Positions 27,132 to 39,349 of a stretch of DNA of 64,000 bases are shown here, in pieces (the first letter of the stretch is position 1; every line of letters begins with the position of its first letter). The stretch is from an uncultured Gammaproteobacteria bacterium (lineage in GTDB: Bacteria > Patescibacteriota > Microgenomatia > Daviesbacterales > UBA10151), in NCBI GenBank assembly GCA_964500725.1, contig CAZCNP010000001.1, positions 64,766 to 128,765 on the forward strand, given 5' to 3'. The translations under genes were made by a program, and so were the position numbers. A model generated the notes under the pieces. That model searched no databases. It was not told the DNA's origin and worked only from the letters and a program-made list of their open reading frames with translations.

Positions 27132-28841
27132 CTAATCCTGGGCTACTCTTAGCACCTCCTCCATTGTGGTCACTCCTTCTATAACTTTTAAATACCCATC
27201 CTGCTTCATAGTAATCATCCCCTCAGAGACAGCTACTTCTTCAATCTCGCCGGAGGAGGCGTGTTCTAAAATTAGCTTGGAAATCGGCTCTAAAATAACC
27301 AGCACCTCAAAAATACCCACTCTTCCCAAATAACCAGTTTGAGCACAAGCAACACAACCTTTTCCTTTATAGAGCTTGAGCGTTGTGGCTTTGTCAGCTG
27401 GCAAGAATTTGCCTAAAACATGTTTAATATTTTCAGCAACTTCAGGAGGAACGCTAAGTTCAATCCTGCAGCGTGGGCAAATTTTACGCACAACACGCTG
27501 TCCCACTACAGCATTTAAAGAAGAAGTCAGCAAAAATGGCTCAATCCCCATATCTAAAAGCCTGGGAGGAGCGCCGGCAGAAGAGTTAGTATGAACAGTA
27601 GAAAAAACCTGGTGGCCAGTCAAAGCTGCCTGTATAGCCAAATCAGCTGTTTCTGTATCCCGAATTTCTCCTACCATTATAATATTAGGGTCTTGTCTTA
27701 AAAAGCTTCTTAAAGCTGAAGCAAAGGTAAGACCAATTTGGGTATTGGCTTGAACTTGATTTACTCCAGGAATCTGATACTCAACAGGGTCTTCAATGGT
27801 AACAATATTTACTTTAGTGGTAGAGATTTTACTCAAAACTGAATATAAAGTAGTAGTTTTACCAGAACCAGTTGGACCGCAGATTAAGATAATTCCATGA
27901 GGGCGGGTTAGCTGAGTTTCCAGATTTTTCAAAGAGGTTCCTCTCAACCCCAATTCTAAAAGAGTAGGGGCCCCGCTTGATTTAGGCAATAACCTTAAAA
28001 CCACTTTTTCTCCAAAAACAGTTGGCACAGTGGAAACCCTAATATCTACTGTACTTTGTTCATGAGTAAAGCTAAACCTGCCATCCTGAGGCAGCCTTTT
28101 TTCATCAATTTTGAGCACTGAAAGAATTTTAATCCTGGAAATTAAAGCATCATGCACCCCTTTGGGAAGCAAAATCTTTTCCTGTAGAATTCCATCAATT
28201 CTATATCTAACCCTGGTCCTGTCTTCTTGTGGCTCAATATGAATATCAGAAGCCCTGCTTTTTAAAGCATATTCCAAAAGCTGGTTGATAATATTGGAAA
28301 CTGGAGCCTCACGTAAGATTTCTGGAGCATTCTGAACTCCCTCGTCCATTTTTACCGACTCAACTTCTTTTAAGGCTGAGGTAACCTCAGAGGTTAGGTT
28401 TTGAGAGTACTGGTCAGAGATAACTTTGAGAATATCTTGTTCTTGGGCTAAAAATGGTTTGACCCTAAGCCCTGCTCTTTTTTCCACAAACTGAGCGATT
28501 TGAATATCCAAAGGGTCGGCCATTGCCACCCATAATTCTTCTCCTTTTTTGTCAAAAGGGATAATATGGTAACGGCGGGCAGCAGGTTCTGGAATTAAGT
28601 TTAAAATATCAGCAGAAATAGCCTGGCCTTCAAGCTTAATATAGGGGATATTTAAAATCTGGGCTTTGGCTTGGGTAATTTTGTCAGATGGAATTAGATT
28701 ATGTTGCAGCAGAATCTTTTCAACAGGTTGGCCTGAATTAATACTTTCAAGCTTAATAGAGGAGAGTTGATCAGAAGTTAAAAGACCCTGATTAAACAAT
28801 ATGTCTTCTAAAGCGCTATCTTGGACAGTTTGGTTTACCAT
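27132..28841 (-). CDS. pilB: type IV pilus assembly ATPase PilB (GspE family)
   Basis: Walker A ILICGPTGSGKTTTL and a tetracysteine CPRC...CVAC zinc motif. Confidence 0.85.
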   Translation of the reverse strand: MVNQTVQDSALEDILFNQGLLTSDQLSSIKLESINSGQPVEKILLQHNLIPSDKITQAKAQILNIPYIKLEGQAISADILNLIPEPAARRYHIIPFDKKGEELWVAMADPLDIQIAQFVEKRAGLRVKPFLAQEQDILKVISDQYSQNLTSEVTSALKEVESVKMDEGVQNAPEILREAPVSNIINQLLEYALKSRASDIHIEPQEDRTRVRYRIDGILQEKILLPKGVHDALISRIKILSVLKIDEKRLPQDGRFSFTHEQSTVDIRVSTVPTVFGEKVVLRLLPKSSGAPTLLELGLRGTSLKNLETQLTRPHGIILICGPTGSGKTTTLYSVLSKISTTKVNIVTIEDPVEYQIPGVNQVQANTQIGLTFASALRSFLRQDPNIIMVGEIRDTETADLAIQAALTGHQVFSTVHTNSSAGAPPRLLDMGIEPFLLTSSLNAVVGQRVVRKICPRCRIELSVPPEVAENIKHVLGKFLPADKATTLKLYKGKGCVACAQTGYLGRVGIFEVLVILEPISKLILEHASSGEIEEVAVSEGMITMKQDGYLKVIEGVTTMEEVLRVAQD

Positions 28842-28895
28842 AAGCAGTTACCCTTTTTTAAAAAGGGTATGTAATCATTATGTTAAAATTGCGCT

Positions 28896-29516
28896 GTGAT
28901 TGCAAGGCTTTATATTTGTAGAAATATTGACAAGAGAGCAGAGGAGATTAAAAAGATATTAGCTTCCCACATCGGAAGTGGGAACGTAAATCATCCTGAT
29001 GTTTTATACTTTGAAAAAGATACTAAGTTAGGGATTGCTGAAAGCAGAAAAATAATAGATCACTTTTCTCTAAAACCTTACTCTGCCAAAGGCAGGGTAG
29101 CAGTTTTAGAACAAGCAGAAGATTTAACCCTTGATGCTCAAAATGCCCTGTTAAAAACACTAGAAGAGTTACCTACTGAGGCAGTTTTTATTCTGGGGGC
29201 TGCCTCTGAAGATAACCTTTTACCAACAATTTTATCCAGATGCCAGATTATTAAAGTTCACAGTTCACAGTTCACAGTTCACAGTTATAACAAAGACATT
29301 GAGAAATTGCTGCAGACTACAATTGAGGAAAGATTTGAATATATAGAGAAATTAAAAGATAGGGAGCAGTTCCTATATTCTTTAACAAGCTTTTTCCATC
29401 AAAAATTACCAAACAGCGCTTCATTTTTAGAAAAACTTTTGCAAGCAGAGGGATGGGCCAAACAAAATGTTAATATCAGGGCAATTTTAGAATATTTGAT
29501 GCTTGAAATGCCATAA
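28896..29516 (+). CDS. holB: DNA polymerase III delta' subunit-like protein (short form)
   Basis: Sensor motif TILSRCQII; about 200 aa, AAA+-lid-like. Confidence 0.55.
   Translation: MIARLYICRNIDKRAEEIKKILASHIGSGNVNHPDVLYFEKDTKLGIAESRKIIDHFSLKPYSAKGRVAVLEQAEDLTLDAQNALLKTLEELPTEAVFILGAASEDNLLPTILSRCQIIKVHSSQFTVHSYNKDIEKLLQTTIEERFEYIEKLKDREQFLYSLTSFFHQKLPNSASFLEKLLQAEGWAKQNVNIRAILEYLMLEMP
28964..28984. repeat. 21-bp palindromic element ttcccacatcggaagtgggaa, in-frame inside holB
   Basis: Perfect 7-bp arms TTCCCAC/GTGGGAA with a 7-nt spacer; encodes SHIGSG. Confidence 0.85.
29256..29283. repeat. (gttcaca)x4 heptanucleotide tract inside the holB coding sequence
   Basis: Four perfect copies; encodes VHSSQFTVHS. 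Confidence 0.85.
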
Positions 29517-29523
29517 TTTTCTT

Positions 29524-29551
29524 GACTCTAGACTCTAGTCACTAGACTCTA
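29524..29551. repeat. (gactcta)x4 heptanucleotide tract in the holB-gyrB intergenic region
   Basis: Three perfect copies plus one variant (gtcacta); TCTAGA palindromes. Confidence 0.8.
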
Positions 29552-29579
29552 ATTATGCTAAACTATACACTTAGCCTAA

Positions 29580-31538
<1,959 letters not shown>

Positions 31539-31549
31539 ATTTTTCCCAT

Positions 31550-32620
31550 ATGAAAAAAATATATTTTACTGTTGGGCCATCACAAATTTATCCAACTCTA
31601 TATAAACATTTAAACAAAGCTATAAAAGAGGATATTTTCTCTTTAAACCATAGGGGGGAAGAGTTTAAAAAGTTATTTACCAGCACCACAGAAGGACTAA
31701 AAAAACTTCTTAATATTCCAGCAAACTTTCAAATATTCTTTGTTTCTTCTGCTTTAGAAGGAATGGAAAGAACAATTCAGGGCTGCTCCGAGAAAACATC
31801 TTTCCATATTATTACTGGTTCTTTTGGAAAAGCTTGGGCCAACTATGCTTCTCAACTGGGCAGAAATGTCTTAACTTACAATATAGACCCAACCCAAAAG
31901 GCTGAACTTTCAAATATTAAAATTCCTCAAAGAGCAGAAATAATTTGTATAACCCAAAATGATACTTCCACAGGCTATTGGATTCCTATGGATGAAATTA
32001 TTAAATTAAAGAAGAAGTATCCTGAAAAGCTAGTTGCTATTGATGTAGTTTCCTCAGTTCCTTTTGTGACCATTGATTATAAATATATAGATATAGCTTT
32101 TTTCTCAGTGCAAAAAGGTTTTGGACTGCCGGCAGGACTGGGGGTAATAATTGCCAGCCCCAAAGCTTTAGAAAAAACTGAAAAGTTACTTAAAAACAAA
32201 AGTGTTATCGGCAGTTATCATAGTTTTAAACACCTTTCTGAAAAAGCATTAAACTTACAAACTCCAGAAACACCTAATGTTTTAAATATTTATCTTCTAA
32301 ATAGCGTTATAAAAGATATGTTAAAAATAGGAATTAATAATATCAGGCAGGATATGGATAAAAAAGCTAAAGCCCTTTATGAACTTTTTGAAAATCATCA
32401 TCTATATAAACCATATGTTGCCAATAAAGAATTTAGATCTCCAACAACAGCAGTGTTTGATGTTAAAGGAACCTCAGAAAGCTTAAGAAAAAAATTAAGC
32501 CAAAAGGGCTTTATTGTTGGGGCAGGATATGGGGATAATAAATTAAATCATATAAGGGTTGCCAACTTCCCAGCCCACACCTACAAAGACACCTTACAAC
32601 TACTAAAATATATTGCATGA
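31550..32620 (+). CDS. serC: phosphoserine aminotransferase-like class V aminotransferase
   Basis: FTVGPS, LNHRGEEF, PANFQIFF and FSVQKGFGLPAGLGVII match the SerC blocks (FSSGPA, SHRGKEF, AQKNIGPAGL). Confidence 0.65.
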   Translation: MKKIYFTVGPSQIYPTLYKHLNKAIKEDIFSLNHRGEEFKKLFTSTTEGLKKLLNIPANFQIFFVSSALEGMERTIQGCSEKTSFHIITGSFGKAWANYASQLGRNVLTYNIDPTQKAELSNIKIPQRAEIICITQNDTSTGYWIPMDEIIKLKKKYPEKLVAIDVVSSVPFVTIDYKYIDIAFFSVQKGFGLPAGLGVIIASPKALEKTEKLLKNKSVIGSYHSFKHLSEKALNLQTPETPNVLNIYLLNSVIKDMLKIGINNIRQDMDKKAKALYELFENHHLYKPYVANKEFRSPTTAVFDVKGTSESLRKKLSQKGFIVGAGYGDNKLNHIRVANFPAHTYKDTLQLLKYIA

Positions 32621-32701
32621 GGAAGGTCCATTTTTTAGGAATAAAGGGGAGCGGGGAGTTGCGCGGATATCTAGAGTTTTAAATTATGGTATAATTTACC
32701 T

Positions 32702-32947
32702 ATGAATAAATCTTCCGTATTATCGTATTCTGTAATTTATGAAGAAGCTCCGGAGGGGGGATATGTCGTGCGTGCGCCAGCCTTACCAGGATGTCATACT
32801 CAAGGTGAAACCATAGAAGAAGCGGAAAAAAATATCAAAGAGGCTATTGAGTTATATTTAGAAAGCCTAAATGCGCATGATGAAAAAATCCCCCAGGAGA
32901 GAAGAATTTTCCAAAGCAAAGTTGACGTGCAATTCCCATTTGTTTAA
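32702..32947 (+). CDS. hicB: HicB-family antitoxin
   Basis: YSVIYEEAPEGGYVVRAPALPGCHTQGETIEEAEKNIKEAIELYLESL. Confidence 0.65.
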   Translation: MNKSSVLSYSVIYEEAPEGGYVVRAPALPGCHTQGETIEEAEKNIKEAIELYLESLNAHDEKIPQERRIFQSKVDVQFPFV

Positions 32948-32976
32948 TAAACCATGGGACTATTTTCTTTCAGAAA

Positions 32977-33207
32977 ATGAAAAATCTTCCGGCTTTAACC
33001 TCCAAAAAAGTCATTAAGGCATTAAAAAAAGCAGGATTTATTGAAGACAGACAAAAAGGTTCTCATCTTATACTAGTAAATCTGTTAACCAATAAAAAAG
33101 TTGTGGTGCCTATTCATGCCGGAAAAACTATCAAGAAACCCTTATTGCAATCAATAATAGAAGACGATGCAGGTTTAACAATCGAGAATTTTCTGAAACT
33201 GCTTTAA
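32977..33207 (+). CDS. hicA: HicA-family mRNA interferase toxin
   Basis: KKVIKALKKAGFIEDRQKGSHLIL. Confidence 0.65.
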   Translation: MKNLPALTSKKVIKALKKAGFIEDRQKGSHLILVNLLTNKKVVVPIHAGKTIKKPLLQSIIEDDAGLTIENFLKLL

Positions 33208-33216
33208 TTTCTATCT

Positions 33217-34518
33217 ATGATCAAGGTACATTTCTTAGGAATAGGTGGTTCTGGAGCATCTGGGGCTGCAGCTATTGCCCAAGCACAAGGGTATAAAGTA
33301 ACAGGCTGTGACCTTTACCCAGAAAATGAATTTACTACAGTATTTAATTCCAACCAAATGTTTGCTGGCCACAGTCCAGAGCATTTAGCTTCCCACATCG
33401 GAAGTGGGAATGTAGATATTTTAGCTGTTACTCCAGCAATCTTTTCTTTAGACCCCAATAACCCAGAACTATTAGAAGCTAAGAAAAAAGGTATTCCTGT
33501 TTTAACCTGGCAACAATTTTTGGGGAAATATTTGGCAAAGGACAAACTTGTGATTGCTATAGCAGGTACCCATGGTAAATCTACCACCACTGCTATGATA
33601 GCCCAATTGCTAGAAGATGCTGGTTTAGATCCAACAGCTCTACTAGGAGCAATTATTCCCAGGTGGGAAACCAATTACAGGATTGGGAAAGGCAAATTTT
33701 TTGTAGTTGAGGCAGATGAATTTAATGATAATTTCTTAAGTTTAAAACCCAATATTGCTGTTGTTACCAATATTGAAATGGATCACCCAGAATACTTTAA
33801 AGATTTTGAAGCAGTAAAGATGAGTTTTTATAAATTTTTACTACAAACCAACCAAACAGCTGTTGTTAACTTAACTGATCCAGGCATTGCTGAGGTGGCT
33901 AAAAACACCATGAAACATTCTGGTATTACTTATTTAGATTATTCCAAAAATGAATTAGGTATAGACCTTAAAGTTCCTGGAGGGTTCAATAACCTAAATG
34001 CTAAAGCTGCTATGCAGGTTGGACTAGTTTTAGGAATTGAAACCAATGTTATCAAACAGAGTTTAGGAAACTTTACTGGAGCCAGTAGAAGATTTGAATA
34101 TATTGGAGAGTACAATGGAGCTAAAGTATATTCTGACTTTGGGCATCATCCTAGAGAAATAGAAGTTACAGCAAAAGCTGCTAGACAAAAATTTCCTGAC
34201 AGTAGAATTTTATTAATCTTCCAACCTCATATGTTTTCCAGAACCAAAGCTTTATTTGATAATTTTGTAAATGTTTTAAAAAATGTCCCAACTGATAAAA
34301 CTTTTATCATGGATATTTACCCCTCAAGAGAGATAGATACAGGGTTAGTTACAAGCAAACAGTTAGTTGAAGCAATTAACAAACCCTCAGTTGTATATAT
34401 TGGATCTGCCTCAGAAACTTTAGAAAAGCTTAAACCAAAAATCCAAAAAGGGGATATTGTCTTTTTTATGAGCGCTGGAGATACAGATATGTTAGCTAAA
34501 AAATTAGTCAGGTCCTAA
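33217..34518 (+). CDS. murC: UDP-N-acetylmuramate--L-alanine ligase
   Basis: HFLGIGGSGASGAAAIA; GTHGKSTTTAMIAQLL. Confidence 0.9.
   Translation: MIKVHFLGIGGSGASGAAAIAQAQGYKVTGCDLYPENEFTTVFNSNQMFAGHSPEHLASHIGSGNVDILAVTPAIFSLDPNNPELLEAKKKGIPVLTWQQFLGKYLAKDKLVIAIAGTHGKSTTTAMIAQLLEDAGLDPTALLGAIIPRWETNYRIGKGKFFVVEADEFNDNFLSLKPNIAVVTNIEMDHPEYFKDFEAVKMSFYKFLLQTNQTAVVNLTDPGIAEVAKNTMKHSGITYLDYSKNELGIDLKVPGGFNNLNAKAAMQVGLVLGIETNVIKQSLGNFTGASRRFEYIGEYNGAKVYSDFGHHPREIEVTAKAARQKFPDSRILLIFQPHMFSRTKALFDNFVNVLKNVPTDKTFIMDIYPSREIDTGLVTSKQLVEAINKPSVVYIGSASETLEKLKPKIQKGDIVFFMSAGDTDMLAKKLVRS
33390..33410. repeat. 21-bp palindromic element, in-frame inside murC
   Basis: Identical 21-mer. About 30 nt are near-identical to the holB copy (tagcttcccacatcggaagtgggaaYgtaRat). 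Confidence 0.85.
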
Positions 34519-35328
34519 ATCAACTTTTTTTAATCCTTTAAGTTTCTTGCCAAAAAACCTGCTTGCTATCTGATAAACCCTATCTGGTGCATCTGTGACA
34601 TAAAACTCTAAAGTAGGCTCTTTGCTATCAGAAAGCAAATTATTATTTTCTAAGGTAATTTTTAGCTGTTGGGCTGTTGGAACTGCTGAATCTACAATAT
34701 TAACTTTGGGTCCAACTACATTTCTAATAGTTTCCAACAATAGAGGATAGTGGGTACAGCCTAAAATTAGGATATCAACTCCAGAGGAAATAATTTCTTC
34801 CAAATAATCTTTTGCCAATAATTTAGCAGCTGGATGATCTCCTAAACCTTCTTCTGCTAAAGACACAAAAAGAGGGCAGGCAGTAGCAACCACTTTTATT
34901 TTTAGATTTATTTTTTTTATTTCTTTTTCGTATGCATAACTTGCAATTGTGCCTTGGGTTCCAATCACCCCAATTTTTTTATTTTTTGTTTCTTCTGTAG
35001 CTTTTTTTGCTGCAGGAATAATAACTCCAATTACTGGCACAGGAGAGATCTTTTTAATTTCATCTAAAGCAACAGAAGAAATGGTGTTACAAGCAACTAC
35101 CAAAAATTTTACTTTTCTTTTTAGCAGAAAATTAACTAACTGCTTGGCAAATTTAGTAATTACTTCCTTAGATCTAGTCCCATATGGAACTCTTGCTGTA
35201 TCACCAATATAAATAATACTTTCATGAGGTAATAGCTTAACTATTTCTTTGGTTACTGTTAAACCACCAATTCCTGAATCAAATATACCAATTGGACTGT
35301 TGTTTGTCTTTCGCATTCTCAAGATCAA
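34504..35328 (-). CDS. murI: glutamate racemase
   Basis: IGIFDSGIGGLTV ... LGCTHYPLL. Confidence 0.9.
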   Translation of the reverse strand: MILRMRKTNNSPIGIFDSGIGGLTVTKEIVKLLPHESIIYIGDTARVPYGTRSKEVITKFAKQLVNFLLKRKVKFLVVACNTISSVALDEIKKISPVPVIGVIIPAAKKATEETKNKKIGVIGTQGTIASYAYEKEIKKINLKIKVVATACPLFVSLAEEGLGDHPAAKLLAKDYLEEIISSGVDILILGCTHYPLLLETIRNVVGPKVNIVDSAVPTAQQLKITLENNNLLSDSKEPTLEFYVTDAPDRVYQIASRFFGKKLKGLKKVDLGPD

Positions 35329-35346
35329 AACGATATAATATCATAA

Positions 35347-36705
35347 ATGCAATCGTTTAAGGATAAAAAAATATTGGTGTTTGGATTGGGCTTAAATCAA
35401 GGTGGAGTAGGGTCTGCTTTGTTTTTTGTAAAACTTGGAGCAGAAGTAAAAGTTACAGATTTAAAAACCAAAGAAGTTTTACAACCCTCTTTAGATCAAC
35501 TCAAAGATTTCCCAAATATTTCCTATACCCTAGGAGAACATAAAAATGAAGATATCGATTGGGCAGATTTAATAATCAAAAATCCTGCAGTTAAGCCAGG
35601 TAATCAATATATTGAATATGCTTTGAAAAATGGCAAACAAGTTGAAACAGATATGGGAATATTCTTACAATCTGTTTTACCATCTCAAATTATTGGGGTT
35701 ACAGGAACTAAGGGAAAATCTACTACTTCTTCTTTAATTTATGAAGTATTAAAAGCTGCTGGTAGAAAAGTAGTCTTTGCTGGCAATATTGGTAAAAGTG
35801 TTTTAGAAACTATCCCCTTTGTTGATAAAGATACCTTAGTAGTTTTGGAAATTTCTTCTTTCCAGTTAGAGGCTTTTGATGCTCATAAAGTTTCTCCTAA
35901 ATGGGCAGTAATAACCAACATTACTCCAGATCATCTAAATTATTACAAATCAATGGATGAATATATAAAAGCAAAAAAGGTAATAGGGAAGTACCAAACA
36001 GAAAAAGATTATATGTTATTGAAGAAAGATGATCCAGTCACCACTAATCCAAGTTTCTTAGAAGGATTAAAAGGACAAATCATTTATTGCTCAACAGAAG
36101 ATTTACCCCAAAATTTTCATCCCCACCTTTTAGGTCAACATAATTTAGGTAATATTGCTGCTGTCTATAACTTAGGAAAGCTGTTTGATATCAACCCAGA
36201 TCTCTTACTCAAAACTCTTACTAATTTTAAAGGGATACCCTTTAGAATGGAGCTTATTAAAGATTGGGATGGAGTAAAAATTTATAATGATACTACAGCT
36301 ACCTCACCTGAGTCAGGAATTCAAGCCATAAAAGCTTTACGTTCCCACATCGGAAGTGGGAAGCTAAATATTATCCTTGTTTGCGGAGGAATGAACAAAG
36401 GAATGGACTACACAGAATATGCCAAAGAGATTAGCAAATCAGTTAAAAAAGTTTTCTTCCTAGAGGGAGACTCTACTGACTCCATTCTCCGGTCATTGCA
36501 AGCGGAGCAAAACAATCTAGAAACTTTTGGGCCATACAACAACTTAGAACAACTCTTGGAAGATGTTAAAAAAGTAGCAAAACCAGGAGATACAATTTTA
36601 TTTTCTCCAGCAGCAACATCATTTAACTTATTCCAAAATGAATTTGACAGGGGAAGAAAATTTAATAAAGCAGTTGAAAAAGTTTTTGGGACAAGTACTT
36701 CTTAG
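35347..36705 (+). CDS. murD: UDP-N-acetylmuramoylalanine--D-glutamate ligase
   Basis: GVTGTKGKSTTSSLI and a Mur ligase C-terminal domain. Confidence 0.85.
   Translation: MQSFKDKKILVFGLGLNQGGVGSALFFVKLGAEVKVTDLKTKEVLQPSLDQLKDFPNISYTLGEHKNEDIDWADLIIKNPAVKPGNQYIEYALKNGKQVETDMGIFLQSVLPSQIIGVTGTKGKSTTSSLIYEVLKAAGRKVVFAGNIGKSVLETIPFVDKDTLVVLEISSFQLEAFDAHKVSPKWAVITNITPDHLNYYKSMDEYIKAKKVIGKYQTEKDYMLLKKDDPVTTNPSFLEGLKGQIIYCSTEDLPQNFHPHLLGQHNLGNIAAVYNLGKLFDINPDLLLKTLTNFKGIPFRMELIKDWDGVKIYNDTTATSPESGIQAIKALRSHIGSGKLNIILVCGGMNKGMDYTEYAKEISKSVKKVFFLEGDSTDSILRSLQAEQNNLETFGPYNNLEQLLEDVKKVAKPGDTILFSPAATSFNLFQNEFDRGRKFNKAVEKVFGTSTS
36342..36362. repeat. 21-bp palindromic element, in-frame inside murD
   Basis: Identical 21-mer, same reading frame (RSHIGSGKLN). 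Confidence 0.85.
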
Positions 36706-37189
36706 ATAATCTTTGAAGAATTTCATATCCTCCAAATAATAAAACAGTGTAGCCTACATCTCCAATTAAACTATTTCTGAAAAAGGGGATTGCCATTGTA
36801 TAACTTTGGATTAGACCACTTAAAGTATGTGGGTACCAATTATTTGGTGGAGCCCAAACTCCAAAGTTAGTAATAATAAAAAACAAAATAGAAGAAAATA
36901 GTGCTGATCCTAAAACAAACTTTGCTGATTTATGCTTTCTTAACCAAAGCCCAATAAGACCTATCAAAACAAAGCTGCCATAAACATAAAACATATCCAC
37001 ACCATAAAACCCAATAAAATAATCACTAAAGAGCAAAGCAAGTAATGGTAAAAAGGCAAACTTCTTAGGTAAATATGTACCTCCAAAAAGACAAAGAGCA
37101 GTTATAGGAACTATATTTGGATGATGGGGAAGCAACCTTGATAATACTCCAACCAGCACTATTAATATTGCTGCTAATTTCAAATTCAT
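36662..37189 (-). CDS. polytopic membrane protein (possibly an ECF-type S-component-like)
   Basis: Five or six predicted TM helices; no diagnostic motif recognised. Confidence 0.4.
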   Translation of the reverse strand: MNLKLAAILIVLVGVLSRLLPHHPNIVPITALCLFGGTYLPKKFAFLPLLALLFSDYFIGFYGVDMFYVYGSFVLIGLIGLWLRKHKSAKFVLGSALFSSILFFIITNFGVWAPPNNWYPHTLSGLIQSYTMAIPFFRNSLIGDVGYTVLLFGGYEILQRLSKKYLSQKLFQLLY

Positions 37190-37304
37190 AACCTATATAC
37201 AATATGAAAGAGAGAATCATTTGTCAATCTACCATATATTGTATACCTGTAGAAAAATGAAATCTTAAGCAATCTGCAGTATAATTATTGCCCTCCCTAA
37301 TTAG

Positions 37305-38441
37305 ATGTTAGATAAATTAATTAAAGCTTTAAAAAGAGAATATCAAACCCTCAATATTATTGAGATCTCTAGAAATAACTTGCTTTCAAACTTTAAATAC
37401 CTTGCTTCTTTAAACAAAAAGATAAAAATAGCCCCTGTGGTAAAAAGTAATGGATATGGACATGGTATAGAAAATATAGCAAAGATCTTAGATGACCTAA
37501 ATTTCCCTTTCTTTTGTGTAGATAGCTTATTTGAAGCCTATCTGTTACAAAAAGCTCTTGTAATCAATAAAGTTTTGGTCATGGGTTATACTAACCCAGA
37601 AAATTTAAAAGTTAAAAAGCTTCCATTTTCTTTTGCTGTTTTTGATCTAGAAACTGCTAAAGTATTAAATGAATTCCAACCAGGTTGTAAAATTCATATT
37701 TTTGTAGATACCGGCATGCACAGAGAGGGCATACCAGTTAAAGATTTGCCTCAATTTTTGGAAGAACTAAAGAAATTACCAAATATTAAAATTGATGGAC
37801 TGATGTCTCATCTTGCTTCGTCTGAAAGTAAAAGTGATCCAATTTTTGCAAGCCAAATTAAACAATTTCAAAAAGCAAAAGAGATCTGTAAAAAATTAAA
37901 AATAAATCCTAAATGGTTCCATATTTCAGCAACAGGTGGAATAGTAAATCCTAAAACTAGATCTATTATAGCAAGTATTTCTAATTTAGTTAGGGCAGGC
38001 CTTGCTCTTTATGGTTTTTCTTCTTCCACCTTTGACCCAAATCTAAAACCAGTTCTGACTTTAAAAACTAAAATTTCTCAGATTAAAAAAATTAAAAAAA
38101 GAGAAAAGGTTGGGTATAATGGAACATATATTGCTAAAAAAGAATTAACAGTTGGAATATTACCAATTGGCTACTATGATGGAATAGACAGAAGATTATC
38201 CAATAAAGGATGGGTGACTATAAATAATATTCCCTGTAAAATTTTAGGAAGAGTTTCTATGAATATTAATTCTGTCGATCTAACAAAAATTACAAACCCA
38301 CAAGTTGGTCAGGAGGTAGTAGTTTTTTCAAGCAACCCACAAGATCCAAATTCAATTGGCAATGTGGCCAAAGCTTGTAAAACCATTCCATATGATATAC
38401 TCATTTCTCTGGCTTCTTCTACTAAAAGAATCATTATATGA
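37305..38441 (+). CDS. alr: alanine racemase
   Basis: APVVKSNGYGHG is the PLP-Lys motif. Confidence 0.85.
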   Translation: MLDKLIKALKREYQTLNIIEISRNNLLSNFKYLASLNKKIKIAPVVKSNGYGHGIENIAKILDDLNFPFFCVDSLFEAYLLQKALVINKVLVMGYTNPENLKVKKLPFSFAVFDLETAKVLNEFQPGCKIHIFVDTGMHREGIPVKDLPQFLEELKKLPNIKIDGLMSHLASSESKSDPIFASQIKQFQKAKEICKKLKINPKWFHISATGGIVNPKTRSIIASISNLVRAGLALYGFSSSTFDPNLKPVLTLKTKISQIKKIKKREKVGYNGTYIAKKELTVGILPIGYYDGIDRRLSNKGWVTINNIPCKILGRVSMNINSVDLTKITNPQVGQEVVVFSSNPQDPNSIGNVAKACKTIPYDILISLASSTKRIII

Positions 38442-39349
38442 AAGTATTAATCATCACTGGCGGCACCTCATCTGAAAGGCCTGTATCTTTAAAATCAGCT
38501 CGTCAAGTCAAAAAAGGCTTGGAAGAAAGTAATCATCAAGCAACACTTTTCGACCTTAAAAAAGGTAAAGAAAAATTAAAAGAAACAGCAAAGAAATTTG
38601 ATGTAATCTTTCCAGTTCTGCATGGAGAAGAAGGAGAAGGAGGAACTTTGCAAAAATTATTAGCTGATATAGGAAAACCTTTTGTAGGTGGTGATCCAAA
38701 AGGATTTAAAGAAGGCTGGTATAAAATATCTTTCAAAAAATTCTGTAATAAAAATAAAATTTTAACTGCTCCTTGGAAAAAAGTAAAAAGCAAAATAGAT
38801 ATGATTAAATTTGGTTTTCCATCTGTGTTAAAAGCCTCAAATGGAGGTTCATCAAAAGAAGTTATTATTCTAAAAACAGAAGGTGATTTAAAAAAGGCTG
38901 ATTGCCAAAAGCTGCTCAAATCAAATACTGATTTATTTGTAGAAAGATTCCTTCCAGGTATTGAAGTTACTGCTGCTATATTAGACAACAAAGCTTTACC
39001 TTTAATAGAAATTGTTCCTCCTAAAGGAGGTTGGTTTGATTATAAAAATAAGTATTCTGGAGCAACAAAAGAGATTACAAACGCGCCCTCTGTCAACAAA
39101 TCTTTAACAAAATCAGTTCAAAAAATGGCCTTAAAAATCCATCAACTTTTAAATCTAGGGTCTTACTCTAGAATTGACTTTATTATCTTTGAAGGTAAAC
39201 CATATGTTTTAGAAATTAATACCATCCCAGGATTAACTTCAGAGTCTCTTTTTCCAAAAGCAGCTAAAGCAGTTGGAATTTCATTCCCTAAACTAATGGA
39301 TAAATTAGTTAAGATGGCTTATGAGGAAAAACTTTCTAAAACCAAATGA
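38438..39349 (+). CDS. ddl: D-alanine--D-alanine ligase
   Basis: FPVLHGEEGEGG...LEINTIPGLTSESLFPK. Confidence 0.85.
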   Translation: MKVLIITGGTSSERPVSLKSARQVKKGLEESNHQATLFDLKKGKEKLKETAKKFDVIFPVLHGEEGEGGTLQKLLADIGKPFVGGDPKGFKEGWYKISFKKFCNKNKILTAPWKKVKSKIDMIKFGFPSVLKASNGGSSKEVIILKTEGDLKKADCQKLLKSNTDLFVERFLPGIEVTAAILDNKALPLIEIVPPKGGWFDYKNKYSGATKEITNAPSVNKSLTKSVQKMALKIHQLLNLGSYSRIDFIIFEGKPYVLEINTIPGLTSESLFPKAAKAVGISFPKLMDKLVKMAYEEKLSKTK

